Assembly: GCA_050183255.1 (NCBI GenBank) | Contig: JBFXBK010000010.1 | Span: 27,960 to 59,959 of the forward strand | DNA: 32,000 bases | Direction of reading: 5' to 3' | Source of the DNA: Polyangiaceae bacterium | GTDB taxonomy: Bacteria; Myxococcota_A; Polyangia; Polyangiales; Polyangiaceae | In this document: one piece after another, positions 1 to 7,053 of the stretch | How the letters are laid out: each line of letters starts with the position of its first letter | Numbering within the stretch: the first letter of the stretch is position 1 | The notes under the pieces: generated by a model | What the model was told of the DNA's origin: nothing | The model's input: the letters and a program-made list of their open reading frames with translations, nothing else | Database searches by the model: none | Translations under genes and position numbers: made by a program

Positions 1-834
1 AGTGGCCCGCTGAGTGAGCTGGTCAGTCGCCTGCGACAAACTCGCGACGTCAGCCTGTTTGGCTTCGACGGCGGTGAGGACCTCATCCCGCTGGGTCAGT
101 TCCGCACGGCAAGTACGTCAGAGGTCAAGCTGGACAAGATGGACCGGCTCGAAACTCGGGATCCTTCGCGCAACCTCAACGGCGCGCTCGTCAAGGGATT
201 GGAGCAGCTCGAGTCCAAGCTGATGCAGGTCCAGCGCCCGGTGCGCCGCGGCAGCTTGCTGGTGATCACGCGGGGCCCCGATTTGGCGCGCCGAGTCACC
301 GAAGATCGCCTCGCGGAAACACTCGACGGCTCGCAGCACGACACCTTCGCGGTCGTCCTGGGCAAGCAAGAGAACCTGCGTGCCGACGACCTGGGGCGCA
401 CGGACGCCGTGGAAACGGAGACCACGAGCGAGCTCCCCACCGCCCTCAGCCGGGTGGCGCGCCTGATGGAGTCCCGGGTCCAGGCGGAATATGTCGTCAG
501 CTACTGCTCCCCTGCTCGCGCCGGCAAGCGGTTCGTACGCATCGAGACCACGACGCTGAAGGACGAGACGGAGTTCAAAGGCAGCGTGGAGTTCGAGATC
601 GACGCGACCGGGTTTGCTGCTGGCTGCGACTCGAAGCGCACTCCGAGCTTCCTGAGCGTCACAGCGACCACCAGCACCACACCGGCGCCAAGCGAGCCGG
701 CGGCTCCAGAGGACGACAAAGAGCCCGCCAACACTCCGCCACCGCAAGAGCTGCCACCGAAGGAGCCTCCAGCGGGCAGCGGCGAGCCCGACGGCATCGT
801 GCCCCCGCCGGACTCCCCAACTTACGAAAAGTAG
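1..834 (+). CDS. VWA (von Willebrand factor A)-like domain protein, 5'-truncated at window edge, Pro/Glu-rich C-terminal tail
   Basis: Frame 1 is open from nt 1 (SGPLSELVSRLRQTRDVSLFGFDGGEDLIPL...), so the listed 139 start is internal. Segments DVSLFGFDG, DPSRNLNGALVKGLEQL and GSLLVITRGPD resemble the C-terminal half of a VWA fold. The tail is PAPSEPAAPEDDKEPANTPPPQELPPKEPP. Stop TAG at 832-834. GC3-rich codons. Confidence 0.55.
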   Translation, partial: SGPLSELVSRLRQTRDVSLFGFDGGEDLIPLGQFRTASTSEVKLDKMDRLETRDPSRNLNGALVKGLEQLESKLMQVQRPVRRGSLLVITRGPDLARRVTEDRLAETLDGSQHDTFAVVLGKQENLRADDLGRTDAVETETTSELPTALSRVARLMESRVQAEYVVSYCSPARAGKRFVRIETTTLKDETEFKGSVEFEIDATGFAAGCDSKRTPSFLSVTATTSTTPAPSEPAAPEDDKEPANTPPPQELPPKEPPAGSGEPDGIVPPPDSPTYEK

Positions 835-837
835 ACC

Positions 838-1215
838 GTGACCACGCCGTCTACGCCCGCTCTCGAGTGGGTCGAGGTCAGTCAGTTCGAAGCCATCACC
901 GCGCGCGGCACGCGTGAGGTGACGTGGTTCTGGCGCGCCGCCAAGGGGGACGGTTGGATCAATGTCGCAGAGCTGCCCGGAGCCGAGCGCGAACGCCTCG
1001 ACCCAGGGCGCGGCGTGGTTTGGGAGACACGGATCCGCGCGCAAATGGCCTACGGGACCTGGTTGATGCGCGTCGAGTCACGCCCCGGTCGCCCGGAGCG
1101 ACTCGATGCGCTGGACTACCTGAAGCGGGAACGACGCCAGGTCGCTCGTCAGGTGCTACGGCAACATTTCCGCGTGGGTCGACGAGGCGAGCTGGTACGC
1201 ATGCCGGACGCCTAG
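838..1215 (+). CDS. hypothetical protein (125 aa), closely coupled to the upstream VWA-like gene
   Basis: GTG start lies 3 nt after the upstream stop. GC3-rich codon usage. No motif recognised. The overlapping 924..1229 frame is Arg-rich junk. Confidence 0.5.
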   Translation: MTTPSTPALEWVEVSQFEAITARGTREVTWFWRAAKGDGWINVAELPGAERERLDPGRGVVWETRIRAQMAYGTWLMRVESRPGRPERLDALDYLKRERRQVARQVLRQHFRVGRRGELVRMPDA

Positions 1216-1305
1216 CTCCGAACCGCTGAGGCTAAAGCAAACGCCCGTTTCGTAGTTGACCCGAGCGCGCCCGGTCTGGTTTCCTGCTGCGGGAAAGGCT
1301 CGGGA

Positions 1306-2946
1306 ATGCGCAAATCGAGGGGAAGTCTGCTAGCGGTGGCGAGCCTGTTTGGGGCGCTGCTTGGTTTGGAGGGGGTGAGTCGCGCCTCCACGGCGATTGA
1401 GTACCCCGACAACGGCGTCGCTCAGTTCAGTCGCGGCGGCGCGTGGCTCGCGACGGCGACGGACCCACTCGCAGCGTTCTACAACCCGGCGGCGCTCGCC
1501 ACTCAGCCCACTTCCCTGGGGATCGGCTTCAACCTGCCGATGCAGAAGATCTGCTACCAGCGCCAGGACCCCGGAGGCGCCGACTCCTACGCAGACCCCC
1601 AGCTCGAGGACACCAACGCGGACCCCTATGCTGAAGTTTGCAACGAGCACAGCAACTTCCCGCGCTTCATCCCGAACCTGGCGTTCAACTGGCGCGTGAG
1701 TGAGAGCCTCGCGATTGGGCTCGCGGTGAATCCACCCGCGTCCTACGGCACCCTGGAGTGGCCGTTGTTTGGCAAGACGACCAGTCGCATTCCCGTCACG
1801 GCACAGCGCGACGTGCCGTCCTCCCAGCGCTACCTGTCGACCAAGGTGGAAGGCACGATCCTGATGCCAACCTTGAGCTTCGGCTACGCGCTCACGGACA
1901 GCCTGCGCATCGGCGCTGGCTTCATCAGCGGCATCGCGATCCTCGATCTGAACGCCGTGTCGATGAGCACCGTGGCGGAGTCGCGCCCCTACGACGAGTT
2001 CAACAACGACAACCTGAGCGAGCTGCACGTCAAAGACCTCTTCATCCCTGGCTTCGTCGTCTCAACCCACTACTCGGCGACGGACAACCTCGAGCTCGCG
2101 GGTTGGTTCAAGTGGCTCGATCGCATCAAGGCCAAGGGCGACGCGGACATCACGGCGGTGCTCAATCGCAACGGCGCACCGGCGCGAATCTGCAGTCAGG
2201 AAGAGGTGGATGCCGCGCTCGAAGCCGCAAAGCTCGCTGGGCAGCAGAGCCCCGACCTGGACTGCTCCGTCACGACCCATAGCCAAGACGTCGTCAGCAA
2301 AGACAGCGTTCACGTAAACATCACGGTGCCGATGGAGGCGCGCCTCGGCTTGCGCTACCACCAGCCCGCACCACCCCCGACGCCGCTCGAGCTGGAGCAT
2401 TTCCGCAAGGATGACGTGAGCGTCCGCGACCCGCTGCGCGACGACGTGTATGACCTCGAGCTCGACCTGACGTGGGCGAACAACTCCGCCGCGGATACTA
2501 TCGAGGTGCGCTTCACGGAGCAGTTCCAACCGGTCGGAGTTCCGGGGCTCACTCCCGCAAACGCGGACCGCCCCACCGGCTGGAAAGACACCTTCGGCGC
2601 GCGGCTCGGGGGCCAGTACAACGTGTTGCGCGACCGGCTTGGCCTGCGTGCGGGCACCTGGGTGGAGACGTCAGCCGTTGATGCGGAGTACCTCAACGTC
2701 ACCGGCGTCCCCGCGCTGCGCGGCGGCTTTGGTGGTGGCTTCGTGGCCCGTTTCGGACACATCGACATCGAGGCGGGCTACCAGCACATCTGGAACGCCG
2801 GCTTGGACAACGGCGGAGACGGAAAGCTCACCGCCATCGCCGGTTCCGGCAACGACCCCGCGAATCGCAGTTTCCACGCGGTTAATGGTGGCAGCATCAC
2901 GCAGCACGCCAACGTGTTCAGCATCGGCGGCGTCGCGCGGTTCTAG
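1306..2946 (+). CDS. outer-membrane transport protein, FadL/OMPP1/TodX family (hydrophobic-compound channel)
   Basis: Signal peptide MRKSRGSLLAVASLFGALLGLEGVSRAS. N-terminal hatch-like motif GVAQFSRGGAWLATATDPLAAFYNPAALA matches the FadL-family pattern (G..A.A...D.sa...NPAgLa). Alternating beta-strand character throughout. C-terminal ...GGVARF ends in an aromatic residue, typical of OM beta-barrels. Confidence 0.65.
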   Translation: MRKSRGSLLAVASLFGALLGLEGVSRASTAIEYPDNGVAQFSRGGAWLATATDPLAAFYNPAALATQPTSLGIGFNLPMQKICYQRQDPGGADSYADPQLEDTNADPYAEVCNEHSNFPRFIPNLAFNWRVSESLAIGLAVNPPASYGTLEWPLFGKTTSRIPVTAQRDVPSSQRYLSTKVEGTILMPTLSFGYALTDSLRIGAGFISGIAILDLNAVSMSTVAESRPYDEFNNDNLSELHVKDLFIPGFVVSTHYSATDNLELAGWFKWLDRIKAKGDADITAVLNRNGAPARICSQEEVDAALEAAKLAGQQSPDLDCSVTTHSQDVVSKDSVHVNITVPMEARLGLRYHQPAPPPTPLELEHFRKDDVSVRDPLRDDVYDLELDLTWANNSAADTIEVRFTEQFQPVGVPGLTPANADRPTGWKDTFGARLGGQYNVLRDRLGLRAGTWVETSAVDAEYLNVTGVPALRGGFGGGFVARFGHIDIEAGYQHIWNAGLDNGGDGKLTAIAGSGNDPANRSFHAVNGGSITQHANVFSIGGVARF

Positions 2947-2971
2947 GAGGCGGCGAAAGCTCCGGCGCGGT

Positions 2972-3931
2972 TCAGCCGCGTCGCTTTCGCAGCACCACGA
3001 AGATCAGTGCAGGCGCCCCAAGCGCCGCCGTGACGACCCCCACCGGTAGCTCTCCTCGTGGCCAAATCGAGCGAGCAAGCAGGTCGCACCACACGAGCAG
3101 CGTCGCGCCGTACAGCCATGAGAGCGGTAGCAGCCGCCGATACGACACCGCGCCCAGGCCGCGGACCAGGTGAGGCACCAGCAACCCAACGAACGCGATC
3201 GGTCCACACCACGCGACGCAGGCGGCGACACCCAGGGCGCCGGCGCCAAGCGCCAGAGCGCGCACCCGGGCGATGGACACCCCCTGGGTCGCGGCCACCT
3301 CTTCGCCAGCGACCAAAGACTGCAGCGGTCGCGCCAAGAGCAGCATCACGGCGGAAGACGCCACGCAGAACGGCAGCAACCAGAGCACCGCTTGGTAACC
3401 GACCTGAGGCAAACTGCCCAGAGACCACTGAGCGGCGGCAAACAGCGCGCGGCTGTCCGCCGTGTACTGAAGTCCGGTTGACAGCGCGCTCGCCGCCAGC
3501 GTCACCGCGATTCCAGCCAGCAGTACGTCACCCATCGACGATCGCTGCCGCGCGGCAATCAGCAGGACCAAGGCACTCAAACCGACCCCGCCGACGAACG
3601 CCGCCAGCGCGACCCCTGGGAGCCCCAATGCGCTGCCTCCGCCGAGCACCAGCACCGCGAGCGCGCCCAAGGTCGCGCCCGCGAGCGTGCCAACCGTACT
3701 GGGTGTAGCCAGGCCATTGCGGAACAGCGCCTGGTAAACGGCACCGCTCAGCCCCAAGGTACCGCCGACCAGCGCCCCAACCAGGAGCCGCGGCACCCGC
3801 AGCTGCCACAAGATGAAGCCGCCGCTCGGAACGTTCAGGCTGGGTCCGATCAATGGCACGACGCACAAGAGCGCGAGGCACACCGCCGCGTGCAGCACCA
3901 AGGACAGTGAGCCCGAGGGACGGCGGCTCAC
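2972..3931 (-). CDS. ABC transporter permease, FecCD/BtuC family (iron-siderophore / cobalamin type)
   Basis: LWQLRVPRLLVGALVGGTLGLSGAVYQALFRNGLATPSTVG matches the FecCD signature (R.PR...A...G..L..sG...Q...rNPLa.P...G). Polytopic and hydrophobic. GTG start overlaps the ATPase stop (GTGA at 3928-3931). Confidence 0.85.
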   Translation of the reverse strand: MSRRPSGSLSLVLHAAVCLALLCVVPLIGPSLNVPSGGFILWQLRVPRLLVGALVGGTLGLSGAVYQALFRNGLATPSTVGTLAGATLGALAVLVLGGGSALGLPGVALAAFVGGVGLSALVLLIAARQRSSMGDVLLAGIAVTLAASALSTGLQYTADSRALFAAAQWSLGSLPQVGYQAVLWLLPFCVASSAVMLLLARPLQSLVAGEEVAATQGVSIARVRALALGAGALGVAACVAWCGPIAFVGLLVPHLVRGLGAVSYRRLLPLSWLYGATLLVWCDLLARSIWPRGELPVGVVTAALGAPALIFVVLRKRRG

Positions 3932-4716
3932 CCCGCTCCCCCCAAACCTGTTGCCCGCACATAAAAATGCCGCACGGAATCATCCGCGAACTCGGCGTAC
4001 TCGGCGCCGTAGAGTTCGCTGAGGCCATCTGCCAAGTCTGGGTCGGCGAAGTGCGTTTGAAGCACGACGCGGCCTTGACGAAGGCCAAGGACTCGAAGAC
4101 GTCGGGCCTCTCCAACGTGAGACAGCAGATTGATGTCGTGGGTCACGCAGAGCACGCCCGCACCAGCGCGCCACAGCTCCCCAAGCAGTCGATAGGTCGC
4201 GATCTGGTGCCGTGGGTCGAGGTGATTTGCGGGCTCGTCGAAGAACAACAGCGGCGCCTCCTGAGCCACGACGCACGCCAGGAGCACGCGCTGGAGCTCC
4301 CCCCCGGACAGCTCGTCGATGCCGCGAGACGTGAACGCTTCCGCCCCCACCCGCGTGAGCGCCCGAGTCGCCGCGTGCTCCGCAACCGCGAACGGTTCGT
4401 TCAGGCGGTAGCGCGCCGCCGCCACCAGCTCGACGACGGGGAGCGCCTCACTCGGCTCCCAGCGCTGCGGGAGCCACGCCAGGCTTGCAGCGCGACGCTT
4501 GGCGGACAGGCTAGACAGCGCTACACCATCCAGCAATGCCTTTCCGGTTCCGGGAGGATGTAGACCGAGAGCTAGCTTGATCAAGCTGGTCTTGCCCGAG
4601 CCATTGGGACCAATTAGCGCGACGAAATCTCCTGGCTCGAGGCTCAGCTCCACGTCCGAGAGCACCGGGTTGCCGTTCAGGCTGAGGCCCACTCCCTGCA
4701 GCGAAAGCTGAGTCAC
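3928..4716 (-). CDS. ABC transporter ATP-binding protein (FecE/BtuD-like)
   Basis: Walker A GPNGSGKTS, ABC signature LSGGELQRV, Walker B LLFFDEP, H-loop VTHD. GTGA overlap with the upstream binding-protein gene at 4713-4716. Confidence 0.9.
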   Translation of the reverse strand: MTQLSLQGVGLSLNGNPVLSDVELSLEPGDFVALIGPNGSGKTSLIKLALGLHPPGTGKALLDGVALSSLSAKRRAASLAWLPQRWEPSEALPVVELVAAARYRLNEPFAVAEHAATRALTRVGAEAFTSRGIDELSGGELQRVLLACVVAQEAPLLFFDEPANHLDPRHQIATYRLLGELWRAGAGVLCVTHDINLLSHVGEARRLRVLGLRQGRVVLQTHFADPDLADGLSELYGAEYAEFADDSVRHFYVRATGLGGAG

Positions 4717-5648
4717 TGCGCTCCGGATGGTTGAGGCGCGCCAAGAGAGCCTGCGCTCGTGAGTGGCAGAGCCGAGGGAGCAACGCTTGCACCACGGCGC
4801 TCGAGTAGCTCGATCTCGCGCTGGAGCTTTGCTTTGAGTTCAAGGATGCTGGGGCCGTTCCCGAACGCTTCCGGCGCCTCCAACACGGCCACGCGGTGGT
4901 TCTTCACCGCCTGCAGCGGCTCTAACTTATTCCACGCGGCAATAATTGGAGCTCCCTCCGTACGCTTGGCCTGCACCAAGACGATGATCTGCTCCGGATC
5001 GAGCGCTAGCACCTGGGTCAGGGTGAGCCGAGGCAAGCCTTCCACGTCGCGATCGACGACGTTGCGCCCCCCGGCGGACGCGAGCGCCGCACCGTGGAGG
5101 CTATTTCTGCGAATGAACCACACTTCGTCGAGGCTCGGCTTGGATCCGTAGCCCAGGACGAGCAACACCTTCGGCGCGTCGCTTGGTGGCTGCTTGCCCA
5201 GTTCATTGTTCAAGCGCTGAGCCATGGCGTTCGCTGCATCGGCGTGGCCCGTCTTCTCCCCTAGCTTGCGAATGCTGCTCGTGATCTCCGGCAGCGTCAG
5301 CCAGGGCAGCTCCAGAGTCGGCGCCAGGTGCTTCAGCTGGTCACTCTTTGCACTCTTATTCGTTTCCGTAAGGATTAACGTCGGTTGGAGCCGCGCGATC
5401 GCCTCGTAGTTGGGCGTCAGAGCTGTACCGACTTTCGGCAAGCGGGTGGCTTCGGCAGGCCGCTCACAGTACTGGCTCACCGCCACCACCTGCTTGCCTG
5501 CCCCAATGGCGAACAACGACTCGGTGATGGCCGGGGCGAGGGACACGAAGCGCGGCTCTTCCGTCGGCTGGGGCTGAACCCGGTGCTCGCAAGCAGTGAC
5601 GACTAGCAGCAAGCTGGCGCACAACCAGAGCCTCACCACGTCTCTCAC
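4713..5648 (-). CDS. ABC transporter periplasmic substrate-binding lipoprotein (BtuF/FhuD/FecB class)
   Basis: RFVSLAPAITESLFAIGAGKQVVAVSQYC...LPKVG...PNYEAIARLQPTLILT is typical of the class III periplasmic binding protein family. I place the start at GTG 5648, with GGAG 6 nt upstream. That gives the lipoprotein signal (M)RDVVRLWLCASLLLVVTAC. The longest ORF runs to GTG 5723, but its extra 25 aa are Arg-rich and not signal-like. Confidence 0.8.
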   Translation of the reverse strand: MRDVVRLWLCASLLLVVTACEHRVQPQPTEEPRFVSLAPAITESLFAIGAGKQVVAVSQYCERPAEATRLPKVGTALTPNYEAIARLQPTLILTETNKSAKSDQLKHLAPTLELPWLTLPEITSSIRKLGEKTGHADAANAMAQRLNNELGKQPPSDAPKVLLVLGYGSKPSLDEVWFIRRNSLHGAALASAGGRNVVDRDVEGLPRLTLTQVLALDPEQIIVLVQAKRTEGAPIIAAWNKLEPLQAVKNHRVAVLEAPEAFGNGPSILELKAKLQREIELLERRGASVAPSALPLTSAGSLGAPQPSGAQ

Positions 5649-5854
5649 CTGGGACTCCGGCAAAAAACCGATGAAAGACCCACTGAAGCGTCGCCGAGCA
5701 GCATCGGCCGGCGAGCGAAGCACACGAGACCTGGCCTCGCAATGGTCAGTCTATGAAGTGACCCCTCTGAGCGGGCAGATCCGACGCCGTTCGGCGCGTC
5801 CCTGTTCAGCGGGCTCCCTTGGTCACGCGAACGACTGAGCGTAACCCCACCGAC
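5649..5854 (-). promoter_or_regulatory. roughly 200-nt structured 5' leader of the ABC importer operon; possible riboswitch/attenuator (cobalamin class is only a prior, not demonstrated)
   Basis: Minus-strand read contains AAGGGAGCCCGCTGAACAGGGAC (about 5798-5820), loosely like the cobalamin-riboswitch core AAGGGAA-GCC-GGTG-AA-CC-GGC. Then GCGCCGAACGGCG, loosely like CCGCAACGG. A hairpin CCGATG...CATCGG (5668-5707) is followed by a U6 run (5662-5667) just before the GGAG RBS. No clean B12 box is present on the minus strand. Confidence 0.3.
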
Positions 5855-6904
5855 CTATGGCGCGTCGGGCGGTGGTGGGAGCACCGGGAGACAGCTATTT
5901 TCGGTGGCGTAGATGGAGTACGTCTGCGTCGCCGGGTAACCGTAGCCGAACAGGATACACATTTCGTTGTCGCCGATGCCTTCGACGATCTCCTTGTCGA
6001 AGGTGTTGTTCCAAGTGCAGCCGAAGGTGACCCCATCGCCCTGCCCGATGTCGACGGCCGGCGTGTACTGGTAGATATCGCTGGCCTCGTCGAAGCCTTG
6101 ATCATCGAGCCAGTACTCGCCGTCTCGCGCCCCGCCCACGAAGCTCGCGAAGAAGCGCGTGCCCAGCGCGTGCATGTGCGGCATCGCGTCGATCACCTTC
6201 ATTTGCTGCGTCAGCCAACACTCGGAACTCACGGTGTGCTCAGTTCGCGGTGGGATATGGAAACCGCCGAAAGCCCAGGCGAATGGCGCTAGCTCTTCCG
6301 TCAGCTGGCTGCACTCGATTGCGTACCACTCGTAGCTGGGCGCGACCTTCACCACCTTCGGGCTGACGTTCAGGTAGTGCATACGGGCGACGATTTCGTA
6401 CCCCTGCTTGACTCGATATGCCATTCCCTGAGGAAACGCATGCCATTCTTCGCCCACCAGCTGGGTGGAGGAACCGAAGAGCACGGCGCCGCCGCTCAAG
6501 ACGTCCGTCGCCTCGCCGCCAGCGATCCCGCCTTCATCGGGGCCGCACTCACGAATGCCCGTCCCCGTTGCCTTTCGGGTGGTGACGTTCCCGTGATGCA
6601 TGCCCTCGCTCGTGATCACTCGGGCGGCGTTGATGAAGACGTGATCCGCCGGCAAATCGAGGGGAAAGATGTAGCAGGGCGATACCTCGTCACCGGGCTC
6701 CAAGGTCACCTCGGGCAACTCGATGGAGAATGCCAAGCTCGCACCTGGTGGCGGCAGTTCTCGGCCCGCGCTCCCACCGCTTCCCGCGGCGCCACCTGCG
6801 CCACCGGAGTTCGCCGGGTCGGACGCAGGCGTCGGGTGTTCACCACAACCAGCGCACGCCAAGGCCATCACGCAGGCAACGCTTCCCAAAGCGATCCAAT
6901 CCAC
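5855..6904 (-). CDS. secreted lipoprotein resembling copper type II ascorbate-dependent monooxygenases (PHM/DBH-like two-domain fold)
   Basis: Lipobox MALACAGC followed by a Gly/Ser linker (NSGGAGGAAGSGGSAG). Motifs appear in PHM order: PCYIFPLDLP...GMHHGNV (HH pair), WHAFPQG...ARMHYLN, FHIPPRTEHTVSSEC, MPHMHALG (HxH), GDGVTFGCTW...GIGDNEMCILFGYGYP (the E-M-C Met-ligand motif). GTG start. Confidence 0.6.
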   Translation of the reverse strand: MDWIALGSVACVMALACAGCGEHPTPASDPANSGGAGGAAGSGGSAGRELPPPGASLAFSIELPEVTLEPGDEVSPCYIFPLDLPADHVFINAARVITSEGMHHGNVTTRKATGTGIRECGPDEGGIAGGEATDVLSGGAVLFGSSTQLVGEEWHAFPQGMAYRVKQGYEIVARMHYLNVSPKVVKVAPSYEWYAIECSQLTEELAPFAWAFGGFHIPPRTEHTVSSECWLTQQMKVIDAMPHMHALGTRFFASFVGGARDGEYWLDDQGFDEASDIYQYTPAVDIGQGDGVTFGCTWNNTFDKEIVEGIGDNEMCILFGYGYPATQTYSIYATENSCLPVLPPPPDAP

Positions 6905-6911
6905 GAACCCA

Positions 6912-6940
6912 AGTCTACGCAGTCAGCGTTTGCCGGTCAA
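6912..6940 (-). promoter_or_regulatory. sigma70-like promoter for the monooxygenase-like gene; implies a leaderless or near-leaderless mRNA
   Basis: Minus-strand TTGACC (6940-6935), a 17-nt spacer, then TAGACT (6917-6912). The GTG start codon at 6904 begins 8 nt after the -10 element, and no SD sequence is present. Confidence 0.35.
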
Positions 6941-7014
6941 CGAGCCGAGAACCCGGGGACAACGTGCAGCAGACAAGAGCTGGCGCCGCAGAGCGAGCGC
7001 AAACAAAGGCGAGA

Positions 7015-7053
7015 GCACAAAAAACGAAAGGCAACCAGGTCACCCTGGTTGCC
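7015..7053 (-). terminator. rho-independent terminator (minus strand)
   Basis: Perfect 10-bp GC-rich stem GGCAACCAGG/CCTGGTTGCC (7030-7039 / 7044-7053). On the minus strand it has a GUGA (GNRA) tetraloop and is followed immediately by TTTCGTTTTTTG (7029-7018). No T-tract follows on the plus strand, so it is unidirectional. Confidence 0.7.

Noticed and set aside
2950-2992. A stem GCGAAAGC...GCTTTCGC between the convergent FadL-like and permease genes could be a bidirectional terminator.
   Set aside because: The loop is 22 nt, there is no U-tract on either side, and the 3' arm lies inside the permease coding sequence. It is too weak to call.
5724-5738. A B12-box-like string ACGAGACCTGGCC on the plus strand, with CCCACTGAAG upstream at about 5678-5687, suggested a plus-strand cobalamin riboswitch.
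   Set aside because: No plus-strand gene lies downstream (5855-6904 is on the minus strand). The 5' aptamer half would fall inside the binding-protein CDS. The string is part of a small palindrome (CGAGACCTGGCCTCG). I therefore keep only the weaker minus-strand leader hypothesis.
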